64,000 nucleotides of DNA, taken from NCBI GenBank assembly GCA_963751275.1, contig CAVVTZ010000008.1, forward strand, positions 32,001 through 96,000, read 5' to 3'. This document shows, in pieces, positions 15,328 to 30,313 of the stretch; position 1 is the first letter of the stretch; each line of letters opens with the position of its first letter. The notes under the pieces were generated by a model that did not search any database, had not been told where the DNA came from, and was given only the letters and a program-made list of their open reading frames with translations. Origin of the DNA: an uncultured Gemmatimonadaceae bacterium. Its GTDB lineage: Bacteria; Gemmatimonadota; Gemmatimonadetes; Gemmatimonadales; Gemmatimonadaceae. A program made the translations under genes and the position numbers.

Positions 15328-16625
15328 GTGCGAATATCGGTCGTGGGTACGGGCTACGTCGGCCTCGTGGTCGGCGCATGCCTGGCGGAGACGGGGAACG
15401 ATGTGGTGTGCGCGGACGTCGATCGCGGCAAGATCGACGGCCTCACGCGCAACATCCTCCCCATCTATGAACCGGGCCTCGATGCGCTCGTCGAACGCAA
15501 TCAGGCGCAGCACCGGCTGAGCTTCACGACCGACGTGCCCGCGTCGATCGCGGGCGCCGAGGTCGTTTTCATCGCAGTGGGCACGCCGCCGGACGAGGAT
15601 GGCTCGGCCGATCTCCGCCACGTGCTCGATGTCGCCGAGGTGGTCGGCAAGCACATGACGCGCGAGATGGTGGTGGTCACCAAGAGCACCGTGCCGGTGG
15701 GCACCGCCGCGAAGGTGCGCGCCGCCGTCGCGAAGAGCGCGAAGTTCGCCTTCCACGTCTGCAGCAATCCCGAGTTCCTGAAGGAAGGCGCCGCCGTCGA
15801 GGATTTCCTCAAGCCCGACCGCGTCGTCCTCGGCGTGGACAGCGAGCAGGCCCGCACGGTGATGGCGGAGCTCTACTCGCCCTTCGTGCGCACCGGGAAG
15901 CCGGTGATCTTCATGGACATCGCGAGCGCGGAGATGACCAAGTACGCCGCGAACGGCATGCTCGCCACACGCATCTCCTTCATGAACGAGATCGCGAACC
16001 TGTGCGAGGCGGTGGGCGCGAACATCGACGCGGTGCGCAAGGGGATCGGCAGCGATGCGCGCATCGGGCCGTCCTTCCTCTTCCCGGGGCCCGGCTACGG
16101 CGGCTCCTGCTTCCCGAAGGATGTGCAGGCGCTGCTGCGCACCGCGCACGCGGCGCATGTGCCGCTCGACGTGGTCGAGGCGGTCGAGAAGACGAACGAG
16201 CGGCAGAAGCACCGGATCTTCGAGAAGCTCTCGAAGGCGCTCGGCTCCATGAAGGGGACGCGGATCGCGGTGTGGGGGCTCGCCTTCAAGCCGCAGACCG
16301 ATGACCTTCGCGAATCGCCCGCGCTCACGCTCATCGAGGAACTGCGCGCCGCCGGTGCCTCGGTGACGGCGCACGATCCCGTCGCGATGCCCGAGGCGAA
16401 GAAGAAGCTCGGCAGCGCGATCGCCTTCGCCGAGACGGGCTACGATGCGCTCACGGGCGCGGACGCCCTCGCGATCGTCACCGATTGGAACGAGTACCGG
16501 CACCCCGACTTCGCGCGCATGAAGGCGGCGCTCAAGCGTCCGCTCATCGTGGACGGCCGCAACCTCTACGACCCCGCGCGCATGAAGGAGAACGGCTTCA
16601 CCTATCTCTCGATCGGGCGCGGCGC

Positions 16626-16629
<4 letters not shown>
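15328..16629 (+). CDS. ugd: UDP-glucose 6-dehydrogenase
   Basis: [51 protein letters not shown]. Confidence 0.95.
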
Positions 16630-17571
<942 letters not shown>

Positions 17572-17579
<8 letters not shown>

Positions 17580-18570
17580 GCGCGTGCTGGTGACCGGCGC
17601 GGCGGGCTTCATCGGCTCGCACGTCGCCGAGGCGCTCATCGCGCGCGGCGACGCCGTGGCCGGCGTCGACAGTTTCGACGATTTCTATCCGGCGGCGGTG
17701 AAGCGCGCGAATCTCGCGGCGCTGCTCCCGCAGCCGCGCTTCACGCTCGTGGAGGCCGACGTGCGCGATGCCGCCGCGATGCGGCGCGCGATCGCGGAGT
17801 GGAAGCCGGCGGCGATCGTGCATCTCGCCGCGCGCGCGGGCGTGCGCCCCTCGATCGCGCAGCCGGCGCTGTACGCCGACGTGAACATCGGCGGCACGGT
17901 GGCGCTGCTGCAGGCGGCGCGCGAGGCGGGCGTCACGCGCTTCATCTTCGGGTCCAGTTCCTCCGTGTACGGCGACAACGCGACGCCGCCCTTCCGCGAG
18001 GACGACCCCGCGATCGCGCCGATCAGTCCCTACGCCGCCAGCAAGCGCGGCGCCGAGCTGCAGTGCGAGGCGTTCAGCGCGCTCGAGCCGGCGATGCGGA
18101 TCATCTCGCTGCGGTTCTTCACCGTGTACGGCCCGCGTCAGCGCCCCGATCTCGCCATCCACGGCTTCACGCGGCTGCTCGAGTCCGGGCAGCCGATCAC
18201 GATCTTCGGCGACGGCTCGGCGAGCCGCGACTATACGTACGTGAGCGACATCGTGCAGGGTGTCGTCGCCGCCGTGGACCGAACGCGCGCCGTGGCGGTG
18301 CGCCACGAGATCATCAATCTCGGCGAGCAGGCCACCACCACCGTGATCGAACTCGTCGCGCTCCTCGAAGCGGCCACCGGCCGCCGCGCAACGGTCACGC
18401 GCCAGCCGGCGCAGCCCGGCGATGTGCGCCGCACCTTCGCGGACATCACGCGCGCCCGCACACTCCTCGGCTATGCGCCTCAGGTGGGCGTGCGCGACGG
18501 CATCCCGCGCTTCGTCGACTGGTACCGCCGTCACGCCGCACCCGCGATCGCCGCGGGCAGTGCGCGATGA
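17572..18570 (+). CDS. UDP-glucuronate 4-epimerase-like extended SDR
   Basis: [58 protein letters not shown]. Confidence 0.85.
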
Positions 18571-19436
18571 ACCGATCTCTCACACACGGGTACCACACCC
18601 GCATGACTTTTTCCGTCCGTCCGACACGTTCCGGCCTGTCCTTCGTTGCGATCGCGTTGCTCCTCTCCGCCTGCGCGGGGGGCACGACCTTCACGCAGGG
18701 CGAAGCGTCCACCAACGCCAACTTGTTCGCCGCGTCGTTGAAGGCGGAGCAGCACAAGAACTGGGCGAAGGCCAGCAAGGGCTTCGAGCAGCTCACCTTC
18801 CAGCTCCCGGCCCGCGATCCCGCGCTGCCCCTCGCGTACTACTACCTCGGCGTGGCGCATCAGCACACGGGCGAGTTCATCCTCGCGGCGCAGGCGTTCT
18901 CGCGCGTGCCGGAGAATTTCCCGGAAGACACGATGGCATCGCTCGCGACGTACGAGGCGGGCGTCTCGTACGCGAAGCTCTGGCGGCGGCCCGACCTCGA
19001 CTCGGATTACGGCACGACGGCGATCAGCACCTTCCAGAGCTTCCTGGCGGCGTATCCGGACTCGCCGCTGCGCGACAGCGCCGCGCTCGCGATCGACCGC
19101 CTCAACGAGATGTTCGCGAAGAAGAACCTCGAGACCGCCGATCTCTACGCGAAACAGAAGGCGTTCGACTCGTCCATCATCTACTACAAGGACATCCTCG
19201 CGCGCTATCCGCAGACGAAGACCGCGAAGCCGGCGATGATGGGACTGATCAAGGCGTATCGCGCGATCTCGTACATCGATGACGCGAACGACGCCTGCGC
19301 CACGCTCCGCGAGAAGTACGGCAAGGACCGCGATGTGCAGCACCTGTGCCCGGTGAAGGTGAAGCCGGCGGCTCCGGCCGTGAAGCCGCCGCCGCCGCCG
19401 ATCGCCCCGGCCAGCACGCCGCCCGCGAAGCCCTGA
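18567..19436 (+). CDS. bamD: Outer-membrane assembly lipoprotein BamD
   Basis: Lipobox LSA-C, TPR helices, A...FQSFL..YPDS, KK.LETA.LY...AFDSS..YY..IL.RYP. Confidence 0.8.
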   Translation: MNRSLTHGYHTRMTFSVRPTRSGLSFVAIALLLSACAGGTTFTQGEASTNANLFAASLKAEQHKNWAKASKGFEQLTFQLPARDPALPLAYYYLGVAHQHTGEFILAAQAFSRVPENFPEDTMASLATYEAGVSYAKLWRRPDLDSDYGTTAISTFQSFLAAYPDSPLRDSAALAIDRLNEMFAKKNLETADLYAKQKAFDSSIIYYKDILARYPQTKTAKPAMMGLIKAYRAISYIDDANDACATLREKYGKDRDVQHLCPVKVKPAAPAVKPPPPPIAPASTPPAKP

Positions 19437-19441
19437 CGCCG

Positions 19442-20014
19442 GTGCGCCTCGGCGTTCTCGGCGGCACGTTCGACCCGCCGCATCTCGGTCATCTGCTCGC
19501 CGCGAGCGACGCGTACGAAGCGCTCGCGCTCGACCGGCTCCTGTTCGTCCCGGCGGCGCAACAGCCCTTCAAGGCGGGGCGCGTGGCGGCGTCGCCGGAG
19601 CAGCGTGCGGCCATGTGCGAACTGATGCTCGGCGTCGATGCGCGATTCGCCGTGGAGCGTTCGGAGATATTGCGGGGTGGGTTATCTTACACCGTGGATA
19701 CGCTCGCCGCGCTCGCGGCCGCCGAACCCGGCGTCGCGCTCTTCTTGCTGATCGGCGAGGATCTCGCTGATGAGGTGGGCTCTTGGCGCGAGTCCGCGCG
19801 GATCGCGGAGTTGGCGGAGATCGCGGTGATGTCGCGCACGGCCGGCGCGGCGAGCTGGCCGGCCGGCGGCTTGCCGATGCGCCGGATCGCCACGCGGCGC
19901 GTTGAGTTGTCGTCCACGGAAGTGAGAGCCAGGGTAAGGGCTGGGAAGCCGATCAACGGATTCGTCGCCGACCCGGTGGCGCGGTACATCCGCGACACGG
20001 GCCTGTACCGCTAG
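19442..20014 (+). CDS. nadD: Nicotinate-nucleotide adenylyltransferase
   Basis: GVLGGTFDPPHLGH, SYTVDTL, LIGED, LSSTEVR. Confidence 0.93.
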   Translation: MRLGVLGGTFDPPHLGHLLAASDAYEALALDRLLFVPAAQQPFKAGRVAASPEQRAAMCELMLGVDARFAVERSEILRGGLSYTVDTLAALAAAEPGVALFLLIGEDLADEVGSWRESARIAELAEIAVMSRTAGAASWPAGGLPMRRIATRRVELSSTEVRARVRAGKPINGFVADPVARYIRDTGLYR

Positions 20015-20023
20015 AGGATCGTC

Positions 20024-23239
<3,216 letters not shown>

Positions 23240-23264
23240 GACTGCCGGCCTCCGCGGCACAGCA

Positions 23265-23385
23265 GGGGCGCATCTAGCGTCTGGTACTGATTGAACGGCG
23301 ACCCCCGAACCACGTTATTGGTCCCCCGAACTCCGACATTGGCCATTGGTTCGTAGGCAGTTCTAAATGCGTACGACCAACGACG
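23265..23385. repeat. Repeat-family arm plus 21-bp direct repeats; possibly a structured RNA
   Basis: 23267-23300 is the near reverse complement of 26527-26560; followed by CCCCCGAACCACGTTATTGGT / CCCCCGAACTCCGACATTGGC. Confidence 0.55.
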
Positions 23386-23426
23386 GCACGAAAGGCGCCC
23401 GGCGATTCGCCGGGCGCTTTTCGTGC
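23386..23426. terminator. Strong hairpin, probable intrinsic terminator after secA
   Basis: GCACGAAAGGCGCCCGGCGA-T-TCGCCGGGCGCTTTTCGTGC. Confidence 0.75.
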
Positions 23427-23498
23427 TTCGCGCGGGATTCCGATGACCGCCGGAACTGTCCCGGACGCCACCATTCCCGGTCATCCTCGGGGAGCGTT

Positions 23499-24203
23499 AT
23501 GGCTGGCTTCGTGCAGGGGTCTGCATTAAGTATCAGGGAGATGCCGCGCGGGGAACGGCCCCGGGAGCGGCTGCGGAACAACGGCGCGGGTTCACTGAGC
23601 GCCGCCGAGCTGCTGGCGATCGTCATTGGCTCGGCGGGGGGTGGGTCGTCGGCGCTGCAATTGGGACACGAGGTGCTGGCATCGGCGGGCGGTTCACTGC
23701 GGCGGATGGCGTCGCAGCCGGTGGCGGCGATCACCGCGATGCACGGGATGGGGCCCGCGCGCGCGGTGGCGGTGCACGCGGCGCTCGAACTGGGGCGCCG
23801 GCTGGCGGCGGAGGTGCGCGACGAGGGCGCGCCAATGCGGAGCCCGCGCGACGTGGCGGCCGCATTCGCGCCGCGACTCGAGGACCTGCCGGTCGAGGAG
23901 TTCCATGTCGCCATCCTCGACGCGCAGCACCGCCTCGAGCGCGATGTCACCGTCACGCGCGGCCTGCTCAACTCGTCGCTCGTGCATCCGCGCGAGGTCT
24001 TCCGGGAAGCGATCGCCGAGCGCGCGGCGGCGATCATCCTGGTGCACAATCACCCGAGCGGCGACCCCACGCCGAGTGCGGATGACCGGCTCGTGACCGA
24101 GCAGCTCGTCGCGGCCGGCCGGTTGTTGGACATCCCCGTGCACGATCACGTGATCGTGGGGCGGGGGCGGTACACCAGTTTCGCGGAGGCAGGCCTGCTG
24201 TGA
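23499..24203 (+). CDS. radC: RadC/UPF0758 JAB-domain protein
   Basis: ERPRERL...LS.AELLAI, VHPREVFR, HNHPSGDPTPS.DD, DHVIVG. Confidence 0.93.
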   Translation: MAGFVQGSALSIREMPRGERPRERLRNNGAGSLSAAELLAIVIGSAGGGSSALQLGHEVLASAGGSLRRMASQPVAAITAMHGMGPARAVAVHAALELGRRLAAEVRDEGAPMRSPRDVAAAFAPRLEDLPVEEFHVAILDAQHRLERDVTVTRGLLNSSLVHPREVFREAIAERAAAIILVHNHPSGDPTPSADDRLVTEQLVAAGRLLDIPVHDHVIVGRGRYTSFAEAGLL

Positions 24204-26382
24204 CGGTTCCGGTCCTCAAGAGCGTGATCCCCGGGTGGGACCTCGACACCGAGCTGCTCGCGCGGCTCGATGCCGATCTGCTCGCGCGCGCCTATCGGTT
24301 CAGCGAAACGGCGCACCACGGGCAGAAGCGCTCCTCGGGCGAGCCGTACGTCGTGCACTGCGTGCAGGTCGCGAAGATCCTCGCCGAGCTGCATCTCGAC
24401 ACCGTGACGGTCGCCTGCGGCCTCATCCACGACGTGGTGGAGGACACCGCCGTGACGGTGGCCGACGTCGAGCGCGAGTTCGGCGCGGAGATGGCGCAGA
24501 TCGTGGACGGCGTCACCAAGATCGGCTCGCTCGCCTTCCAGAGCCGCGAGGAGCGCCAGGTCGAGAATTACCGCAAGCTGCTGCTCTCGATCGCGAAGGA
24601 TGTCCGCGTCATCCTCATCAAGCTCGCGGACCGCCTGCACAACATGCGCACGCTCGACTATCTGCCGGAGGAGAAGCGGCGCCGCATCGCGCAGGAGACG
24701 ATGGACCTCTACGCGCCGCATGGCGCACCGCTTCGGCATGGCGCAGGTGCGGTGGGAGCTCGAGGACCTCTCCTTCAAGTACCTCGAGCCCGCCGACTAC
24801 AAGTCGCTCGCGAAGCTCGTCACGTCCAAGCGCGGGCATCGCGAAGGGCTCATCGCGCAGATGGAGGGTCCGCTCGAGCGCGACCTCAAGGCCGCCGGCA
24901 TCAAGGACGTCGAGGTCGTCGGCCGGCCGAAGCATCTCTGGTCGATCTGGAAGAAGATGAAGCAGCGCGACAAGCCGTACGAGGAGATCTACGACCTCAT
25001 GGCGGTGCGCGTGCTCGTCAGACACGGTGCCCGAGTGCTACCACGCGCTCGGCGTCATCCACGACGCGTATACGCCGCTGCAAGAGCGCATCAAGGACTA
25101 CATCGCGCAGCCGAAGTCGAACGGCTACCAGTCGCTGCACACCACCGTGTTCGGTCCCGGCCGCCAGCTCTACGAAGTGCAGATCCGCACGCGCGAGATG
25201 CACCAGACCGCCGAGTACGGCATCGCGGCGCACTGGCTGTACAAGGAGGCGCGCGATCCCGACCAGGCGGACCAGCAGGTCAACTGGTTGCGCCAGATCC
25301 TCGAATTCCAGCTCGACGCGAAGAATCCCGCCGAGTTCTTCGAGTTCCTCAAGCTCGACCTGTACCAGCGCGAGATCTTCGTGCTCACGCCCACCGGCGA
25401 CGTGGTGGAGCTGCCCGACGGCGCGACGCCGATCGACTTCGCGTTCGCGGTGCACTCCGAGGTCGGGCTGCACTGCCAGGGCGCGAAGGTGAACGGCCGC
25501 ATCGCCCCGCTCTCGCGCGTGCTCAAGAGCTCGGACACGGTCGAGATCATCACGTCGCCCAACGCGCGCCCCAGCCGCGACTGGCTGGCGCACGTGCACA
25601 CCGGGCGTGCGCGCCACAAGATCCGGCAGTGGATCCGCCAGGAGGAGCAGACCACCTCCGCGCGCCTCGGCCGCGACATCCTCGACCGCGAGGTGCGCCG
25701 CCGCAGTCTCGCCAAGCCGGACGACGATTCGCTGAAGGCCGCCGCGAAACTGCTCGGCCTCACCGACGCGAACCACCTGATCGCGAGCCTCGGCCAGGGC
25801 GACGTGAACAAGGAGCAGGTGATCAAGGCGATCTATCCGGCGCTCGAGACGCCATCGGAGAAGCCGGCGGGGAAGCCGAGCGCGTTCGAGCGGTTGGTGA
25901 CGCGCATGCGGGGCGCGCCGAAGGGCGTGCGCATCCAGGGCGTGGACGGGCTCATGGTGCGGTACTCGCAGTGCTGCCAGCCGGTGCCGGGCGATCCGGT
26001 GGTCGGCTACGTGACGCGCGGCCGCGGCGTGAGCATCCACCGCGCGGATTGCCCGAACGTGCTGTCGCTCTCGAGCGAGCCGGAGCGCCGGCTCGACATC
26101 GATTGGCAGGAAGTGCAGGGCCAGATCTTCCTCGTGCGGCTGGCGCTCGAAGGGGCTGACCGGCGCGGTCTCTATGCAGACGTCGCGGAAGCGGTGACGG
26201 GGACGGGCACGAACATCAAGAGCGTGGATCTGCGCTCCGGCGACGGCGGCGGCGTGAGCGGCACGATGCTCGTGGAGGTCGAGAACCTCGCGCACCTACA
26301 GAAGGTGATCCGCGTGGTCAGAAAGATCAAAGGGATCACGGATGTCGCGCGCCGGGAACGACACGCGAGCGAGGAACAGTAA
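24200..26382 (+). CDS. rel: Bifunctional (p)ppGpp synthetase/hydrolase, long RSH (frameshifts near 24720 and 25020)
   Basis: Intact HD motif LIHDVVED, KLADRLHNMRT, RIKDYIAQPKSNGYQSLHT (RxKD), TGS, CC.PVPGD zinc finger and ACT domain. Confidence 0.93.
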
Positions 26383-26564
26383 CGGCGACACTGGCGCCGC
26401 TGACGGCGAGTGTGACACCGCTGACGGCGCCTGTGATCGTTGACGTGTAGCAAAGCGCCGTCGCCACAGGTCAACGACCACACGCGCCCTCAGCGGCGTC
26501 ACGCTCGCCGTCAGCGGTTCCAATTGCGCCGTTCAATCAGTACCATACGCCAGACGCGCCGTTC
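26381..26564. repeat. Palindromic intergenic element copy A (26381-26533) plus an extra arm (26534-26564)
   Basis: AACGGCG...CGCCGTT termini; mirrored 21-bp units; highly similar to 42732-42883. Confidence 0.85.
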
Positions 26565-26591
26565 TCAGAACCCCATTCGCCAATTCAGCTC

Positions 26592-28637
26592 GTGACGGAC
26601 TTCAAATTCACGGCCCCCTTTGAGCCCGCCGGCGATCAGCCTCGCGCCATTACCGAGCTGAACGAGGGGCTCGCGCGCGGCGACCGGTTCCAGACGCTGC
26701 TCGGCGTCACCGGGTCCGGGAAGACGATGACCGTGGCGAACGTCATCCAGCACTACGGCAAGCCCACGCTCGTGCTGAGCCACAACAAGACGCTGGCCGC
26801 GCAGTTGTACGGAGAGCTCAAGAGTTTCTTCCCGAACAACGCCGTCGAGTATTTCATCTCGTACTACGATTACTACCAGCCCGAAGCCTACGTCCCCTCG
26901 AGCGACACCTACATCGAGAAGGATGCGTCGATCAACGAGGACATCGACCGCCTCCGCCTCCGCGCCACCTCCAGCCTCATGGAGCGCGATGATGTGATCA
27001 TCGTCGCGACGGTCAGCGCCATCTACGGACTCGGCGACCCCGTGGAGTACCGCGAGCGCATGGTCAGCGTGAAGGTCGGCGAGACGCGTCCGCGCGACGA
27101 CCTGCTGCGCGCGCTCGTCGCGATCCAGTATTCGCGCAACGATGTCGCCTTCGAGCGCGGCACCTTCCGCGTGCGCGGCGACACGGTGGAGATCTTCCCC
27201 GCCTACGAGGAGCAGGCGGTGCGCATCGAGCTCTGGGGCGACACGGTGGAGCGGATCTCCAAGATCCATCCGGTCACCGGCGACGCGATCGCCAAGCTCG
27301 ACCGCGCGGCGATCTACCCGGCGAAGCACTTCGTCACCACCCGGCCGACGCTCGAGCGCGCGGTGTCGCTCATCCGCTCGGAACTCAACGAGCGCCTCCC
27401 GCTGCTGCGCAGCGCGGGGAAATTGCTCGAGGCGCAGCGCCTGGAGTCGCGCACGAACTTCGACATCGAGATGATGCTCGAGGTCGGCACCTGCGCGGGG
27501 ATCGAGAACTACTCGCGCCATCTCTCCGGGCGCCAGGCCGGCGAGCGCCCCGCGTGCCTCTTCGACTACTTCCCCGAGGATTTCCTCGTCGTCGTGGACG
27601 AGTCGCACGTCTCCCTGCCGCAGATCTCCGGCATGTTCAACGGCGATCGCGCCCGCAAGCTCACGCTCGTCGAGTACGGCTTCCGCCTGCCGAGCGCGCT
27701 CGACAATCGGCCGCTGATGTTCGACGAGTTCCTCTCGCTCACGCCCAAGGCGCTCTTCGTCAGCGCGACGCCGGGCGACCTCGAGCTGCAGCTCTCGGGG
27801 GGCGTCATCGTCGAGCAGATCATCCGCCCCACCGGCCTGCTCGATCCGGAGATCGAGGTGCGCCCGGTGCGCGGCCAGGTGGACGACCTGCTCAATGAGA
27901 TCCGCCTCCGCGAGCGGCGCGGCGAGCGCGTGCTCGTCACGACGCTCACCAAGCGGATGGCCGAGGACCTTGCCGACTACCTGCAGCAGATGCGCGTGCG
28001 GGTGCGCTACATGCACTCGGACATCGACGCGATCGAGCGGATGGAGATCATCCGCGGGCTCCGGCTGGGCGACTTCGACGTGCTCGTCGGGATCAACCTC
28101 CTGCGCGAGGGACTGGACCTGCCCGAGGTGTCGCTCGTCGCGATCCTCGACGCGGACCAGGAAGGCTTCCTGCGCAGCGACCGCTCGCTGATCCAGACCG
28201 TGGGCCGCGCGGCGCGCAATGTGAACGGCCGCGCGATCTTCTACGCCGATCGGGTCACCGGCTCCATGCAGCGCTGTCTCGACGAGACCAAGCGCCGCCG
28301 CGCGATCCAGCGCGCCTTCAACGAGGAGCACGGCGTCACGCCGACCACCGTCGTGAAGAGCACCGACGAAGTGAATTTCAGCACGCGCCTCGCCGACGCG
28401 CGCATGGAAGTGCCCGAGAAGAAGGTCGCGGAGCCGCGCGCGACCTACGCGTCCGAGATGGACGACGCCGCGCTCCTCGAGATGCTCGAGGCGCAGATGA
28501 AGGAGGCCGCCGAGGCGCTCGACTTCGAAGAGGCCGCCACCCTGCGCGACCAGGTGTTCGAACTCAAGGCGCGCATGAGCGGCGGCGGCGCGAAGAAGGG
28601 CGCGGGGCTCGGCCGGCTGCGGGCGCCGCGCGCGTGA
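26592..28637 (+). CDS. uvrB: Excinuclease ABC subunit B
   Basis: [51 protein letters not shown] domain. Confidence 0.98.
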   Translation: MTDFKFTAPFEPAGDQPRAITELNEGLARGDRFQTLLGVTGSGKTMTVANVIQHYGKPTLVLSHNKTLAAQLYGELKSFFPNNAVEYFISYYDYYQPEAYVPSSDTYIEKDASINEDIDRLRLRATSSLMERDDVIIVATVSAIYGLGDPVEYRERMVSVKVGETRPRDDLLRALVAIQYSRNDVAFERGTFRVRGDTVEIFPAYEEQAVRIELWGDTVERISKIHPVTGDAIAKLDRAAIYPAKHFVTTRPTLERAVSLIRSELNERLPLLRSAGKLLEAQRLESRTNFDIEMMLEVGTCAGIENYSRHLSGRQAGERPACLFDYFPEDFLVVVDESHVSLPQISGMFNGDRARKLTLVEYGFRLPSALDNRPLMFDEFLSLTPKALFVSATPGDLELQLSGGVIVEQIIRPTGLLDPEIEVRPVRGQVDDLLNEIRLRERRGERVLVTTLTKRMAEDLADYLQQMRVRVRYMHSDIDAIERMEIIRGLRLGDFDVLVGINLLREGLDLPEVSLVAILDADQEGFLRSDRSLIQTVGRAARNVNGRAIFYADRVTGSMQRCLDETKRRRAIQRAFNEEHGVTPTTVVKSTDEVNFSTRLADARMEVPEKKVAEPRATYASEMDDAALLEMLEAQMKEAAEALDFEEAATLRDQVFELKARMSGGGAKKGAGLGRLRAPRA

Positions 28638-29059
28638 CGGCGCAGTCTCCCGTGGCGCTCACGCGCGCCGAACTCACCGCGTGGGGCGAGCGGTTCGGCC
28701 GCACCGCCGCCGCGCCGCTCGTCGTCGCGATCCGCGGCGAGCTCGGCGCCGGCAAGACGACGCTCGTGCAGGCGATCTGCCGGGGAGCCGGCGTGACGCA
28801 GGAGGTCACCAGCCCGACCTTCGCGCTCGTGCACCAGTACGCGGCGCCCAAGTGGCCCGTCTATCATCTCGATCTCTATCGGCTCGACCGTCCCGAGGAA
28901 TTGACCAACATCGGCTGGGATGAGATCGTCACCGCGCCGGCGCTCGTGCTGGTCGAGTGGCCCGAGCGCGCCGGGCCGCGCCTGCCGTCCGGCGCGATGC
29001 CGGTCGCACTCGCATACGATCCGTCCGATCCCGACCGGCGGGTCCTGACCGCCGGATGA
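28634..29059 (+). CDS. tsaE: tRNA t6A biosynthesis ATPase
   Basis: [28 protein letters not shown]. Confidence 0.93.
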   Translation: MTAQSPVALTRAELTAWGERFGRTAAAPLVVAIRGELGAGKTTLVQAICRGAGVTQEVTSPTFALVHQYAAPKWPVYHLDLYRLDRPEELTNIGWDEIVTAPALVLVEWPERAGPRLPSGAMPVALAYDPSDPDRRVLTAG

Positions 29060-29718
29060 CCAAGACCCTCACGCTCGCGCTCGACGCGGCCACCTACACG
29101 GGCACGGTGGCCGTCCTGAGCGACGGCGCCATAGTCGCGGAGCGCGCCGTCGCGATGCGAGGAGAGCACGAGGAGCGGCTCCTCCCGGCGGTGGCCTCCG
29201 CGCTCACCGAGGCCGGCGCTCAGCCGGCGGACATCACGCGCGTCGTGTGCGGCGGCGGACCCGGCAGCTTCACGAGCCTGCGGATCGCCGCGTCGATCGC
29301 GAAGGGGCTCGCCAGCGCGCGCGGCGTGCCGATGTTCGAGGTGCCGTCGCTGGCGCTGATCATCGCCGGCAATCCGCTGTCCGCCGGCCGCTATCTCGCG
29401 GCGCTCGACGCGATGCGCGGCGAGGTCTACGTCGCCGGCTACGCGCGCGACTCGGACGGGATCACGGAGATCGCGCCGCCGGCGCTCGTCGCGCGCGACG
29501 CGGCCGCGGCGGTGGCCGAGTCGCTCGGCGCGCGGCTCGCCGGTCCCGCGGAATCGCTCGCCGTCGCGCCGCACGCCCGCGGCGTCGCGCTGCTGGGGAG
29601 CTGGCTGGCCGCCGCGCCGCCGGTGGACCTGGCCACGTGGGAGCCGCGGTATGGCCGCGTCGCGGAGGCGCAGGCGAAGTGGGAGCGCGAGCACGGGCGC
29701 CCGCTCACCGGGGCCTAG
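29056..29718 (+). CDS. tsaB: tRNA t6A biosynthesis protein
   Basis: LALDAAT, H.E.LLP, GPGSFTSLRI, LDAMRGEVY, EPRY. Confidence 0.92.
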   Translation: MTKTLTLALDAATYTGTVAVLSDGAIVAERAVAMRGEHEERLLPAVASALTEAGAQPADITRVVCGGGPGSFTSLRIAASIAKGLASARGVPMFEVPSLALIIAGNPLSAGRYLAALDAMRGEVYVAGYARDSDGITEIAPPALVARDAAAAVAESLGARLAGPAESLAVAPHARGVALLGSWLAAAPPVDLATWEPRYGRVAEAQAKWEREHGRPLTGA

Positions 29719-29719
29719 C

Positions 29720-30172
29720 GTGGAGGCGGCCGTCACGATCCGTCCGGCGGCGCCGGCCGACCTGGACGCCATTGTCGAGATCGAGCGCGGATCGTTCGGC
29801 GATCCGTGGAACCGCGCGCTCTTCTTCGATGCGCTCTTCGCCAAGCACACCCGGTTCGACGTCGCGGTCGATGCCGCGGGCACGGTCGTCGGCTACCTCG
29901 TGGCGCAGATCGTCGCCGATGAGGGGGAGGTGCTCAACCTGGCGGTGGCGCCGGGCCGCCGGCGCGGCGGGACGGGGGCGCGGCTGCTGAGCGGGCTCAT
30001 GGCCGACGCGCGCGCGCGGGGCGTGTTAGCGGTCCATCTCGACGTGCGCGAATCCAACGCCGCCGCGCGCGCGCTGTATGCGCGCTTCGGATTCGCCGGC
30101 GTGGGGCGGCGCCGCGCGTACTACCGCGAGCCCGTCGAGGATGCGCTGGTCCTCCGCAGCGATCTGCGGTGA
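29720..30172 (+). CDS. rimI: Ribosomal-protein-alanine N-acetyltransferase
   Basis: IE..SF.DPW, NLAV.P..RR.G.G, L.VRESN..A..LY..FGF, RR.YY..P.EDA. Confidence 0.9.
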   Translation: MEAAVTIRPAAPADLDAIVEIERGSFGDPWNRALFFDALFAKHTRFDVAVDAAGTVVGYLVAQIVADEGEVLNLAVAPGRRRGGTGARLLSGLMADARARGVLAVHLDVRESNAAARALYARFGFAGVGRRRAYYREPVEDALVLRSDLR

Positions 30173-30175
30173 GTA

Positions 30176-30205
30176 GTACCATCCGCTGCCGTCCAGACGC
30201 GCCCC
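30176..30205. repeat. Single arm of the intergenic repeat family
   Basis: GTACCATCCGCTGCCGTCCAGACGCGCCCC resembles 30891-30919 and 26540-26560. Confidence 0.55.
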
Positions 30206-30313
30206 GGCGGTGCGCCGAAGCAGGCTTCGCCGCGCGTTGGATCGGTGGCACGCGCGCGGCCCGCCCGATATACTTTCTCCGGCGATGTCATTCGCCATCT
30301 GCCAGGAGGAACC

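Noticed and set aside
23349..23363. GTTC-N7-GTTC (alphaproteobacterial-type LexA box)
   Set aside because: Single occurrence, upstream of a terminator hairpin and about 135 bp from radC. I did not see it before uvrB or ssb.
26381..26533. 21-bp repeats as a CRISPR array or a heptad-repeat peptide gene
   Set aside because: The units are contiguous and mirrored, have no unique spacers, and no cas genes are present. The short ORFs lack an RBS and are interrupted by stops.
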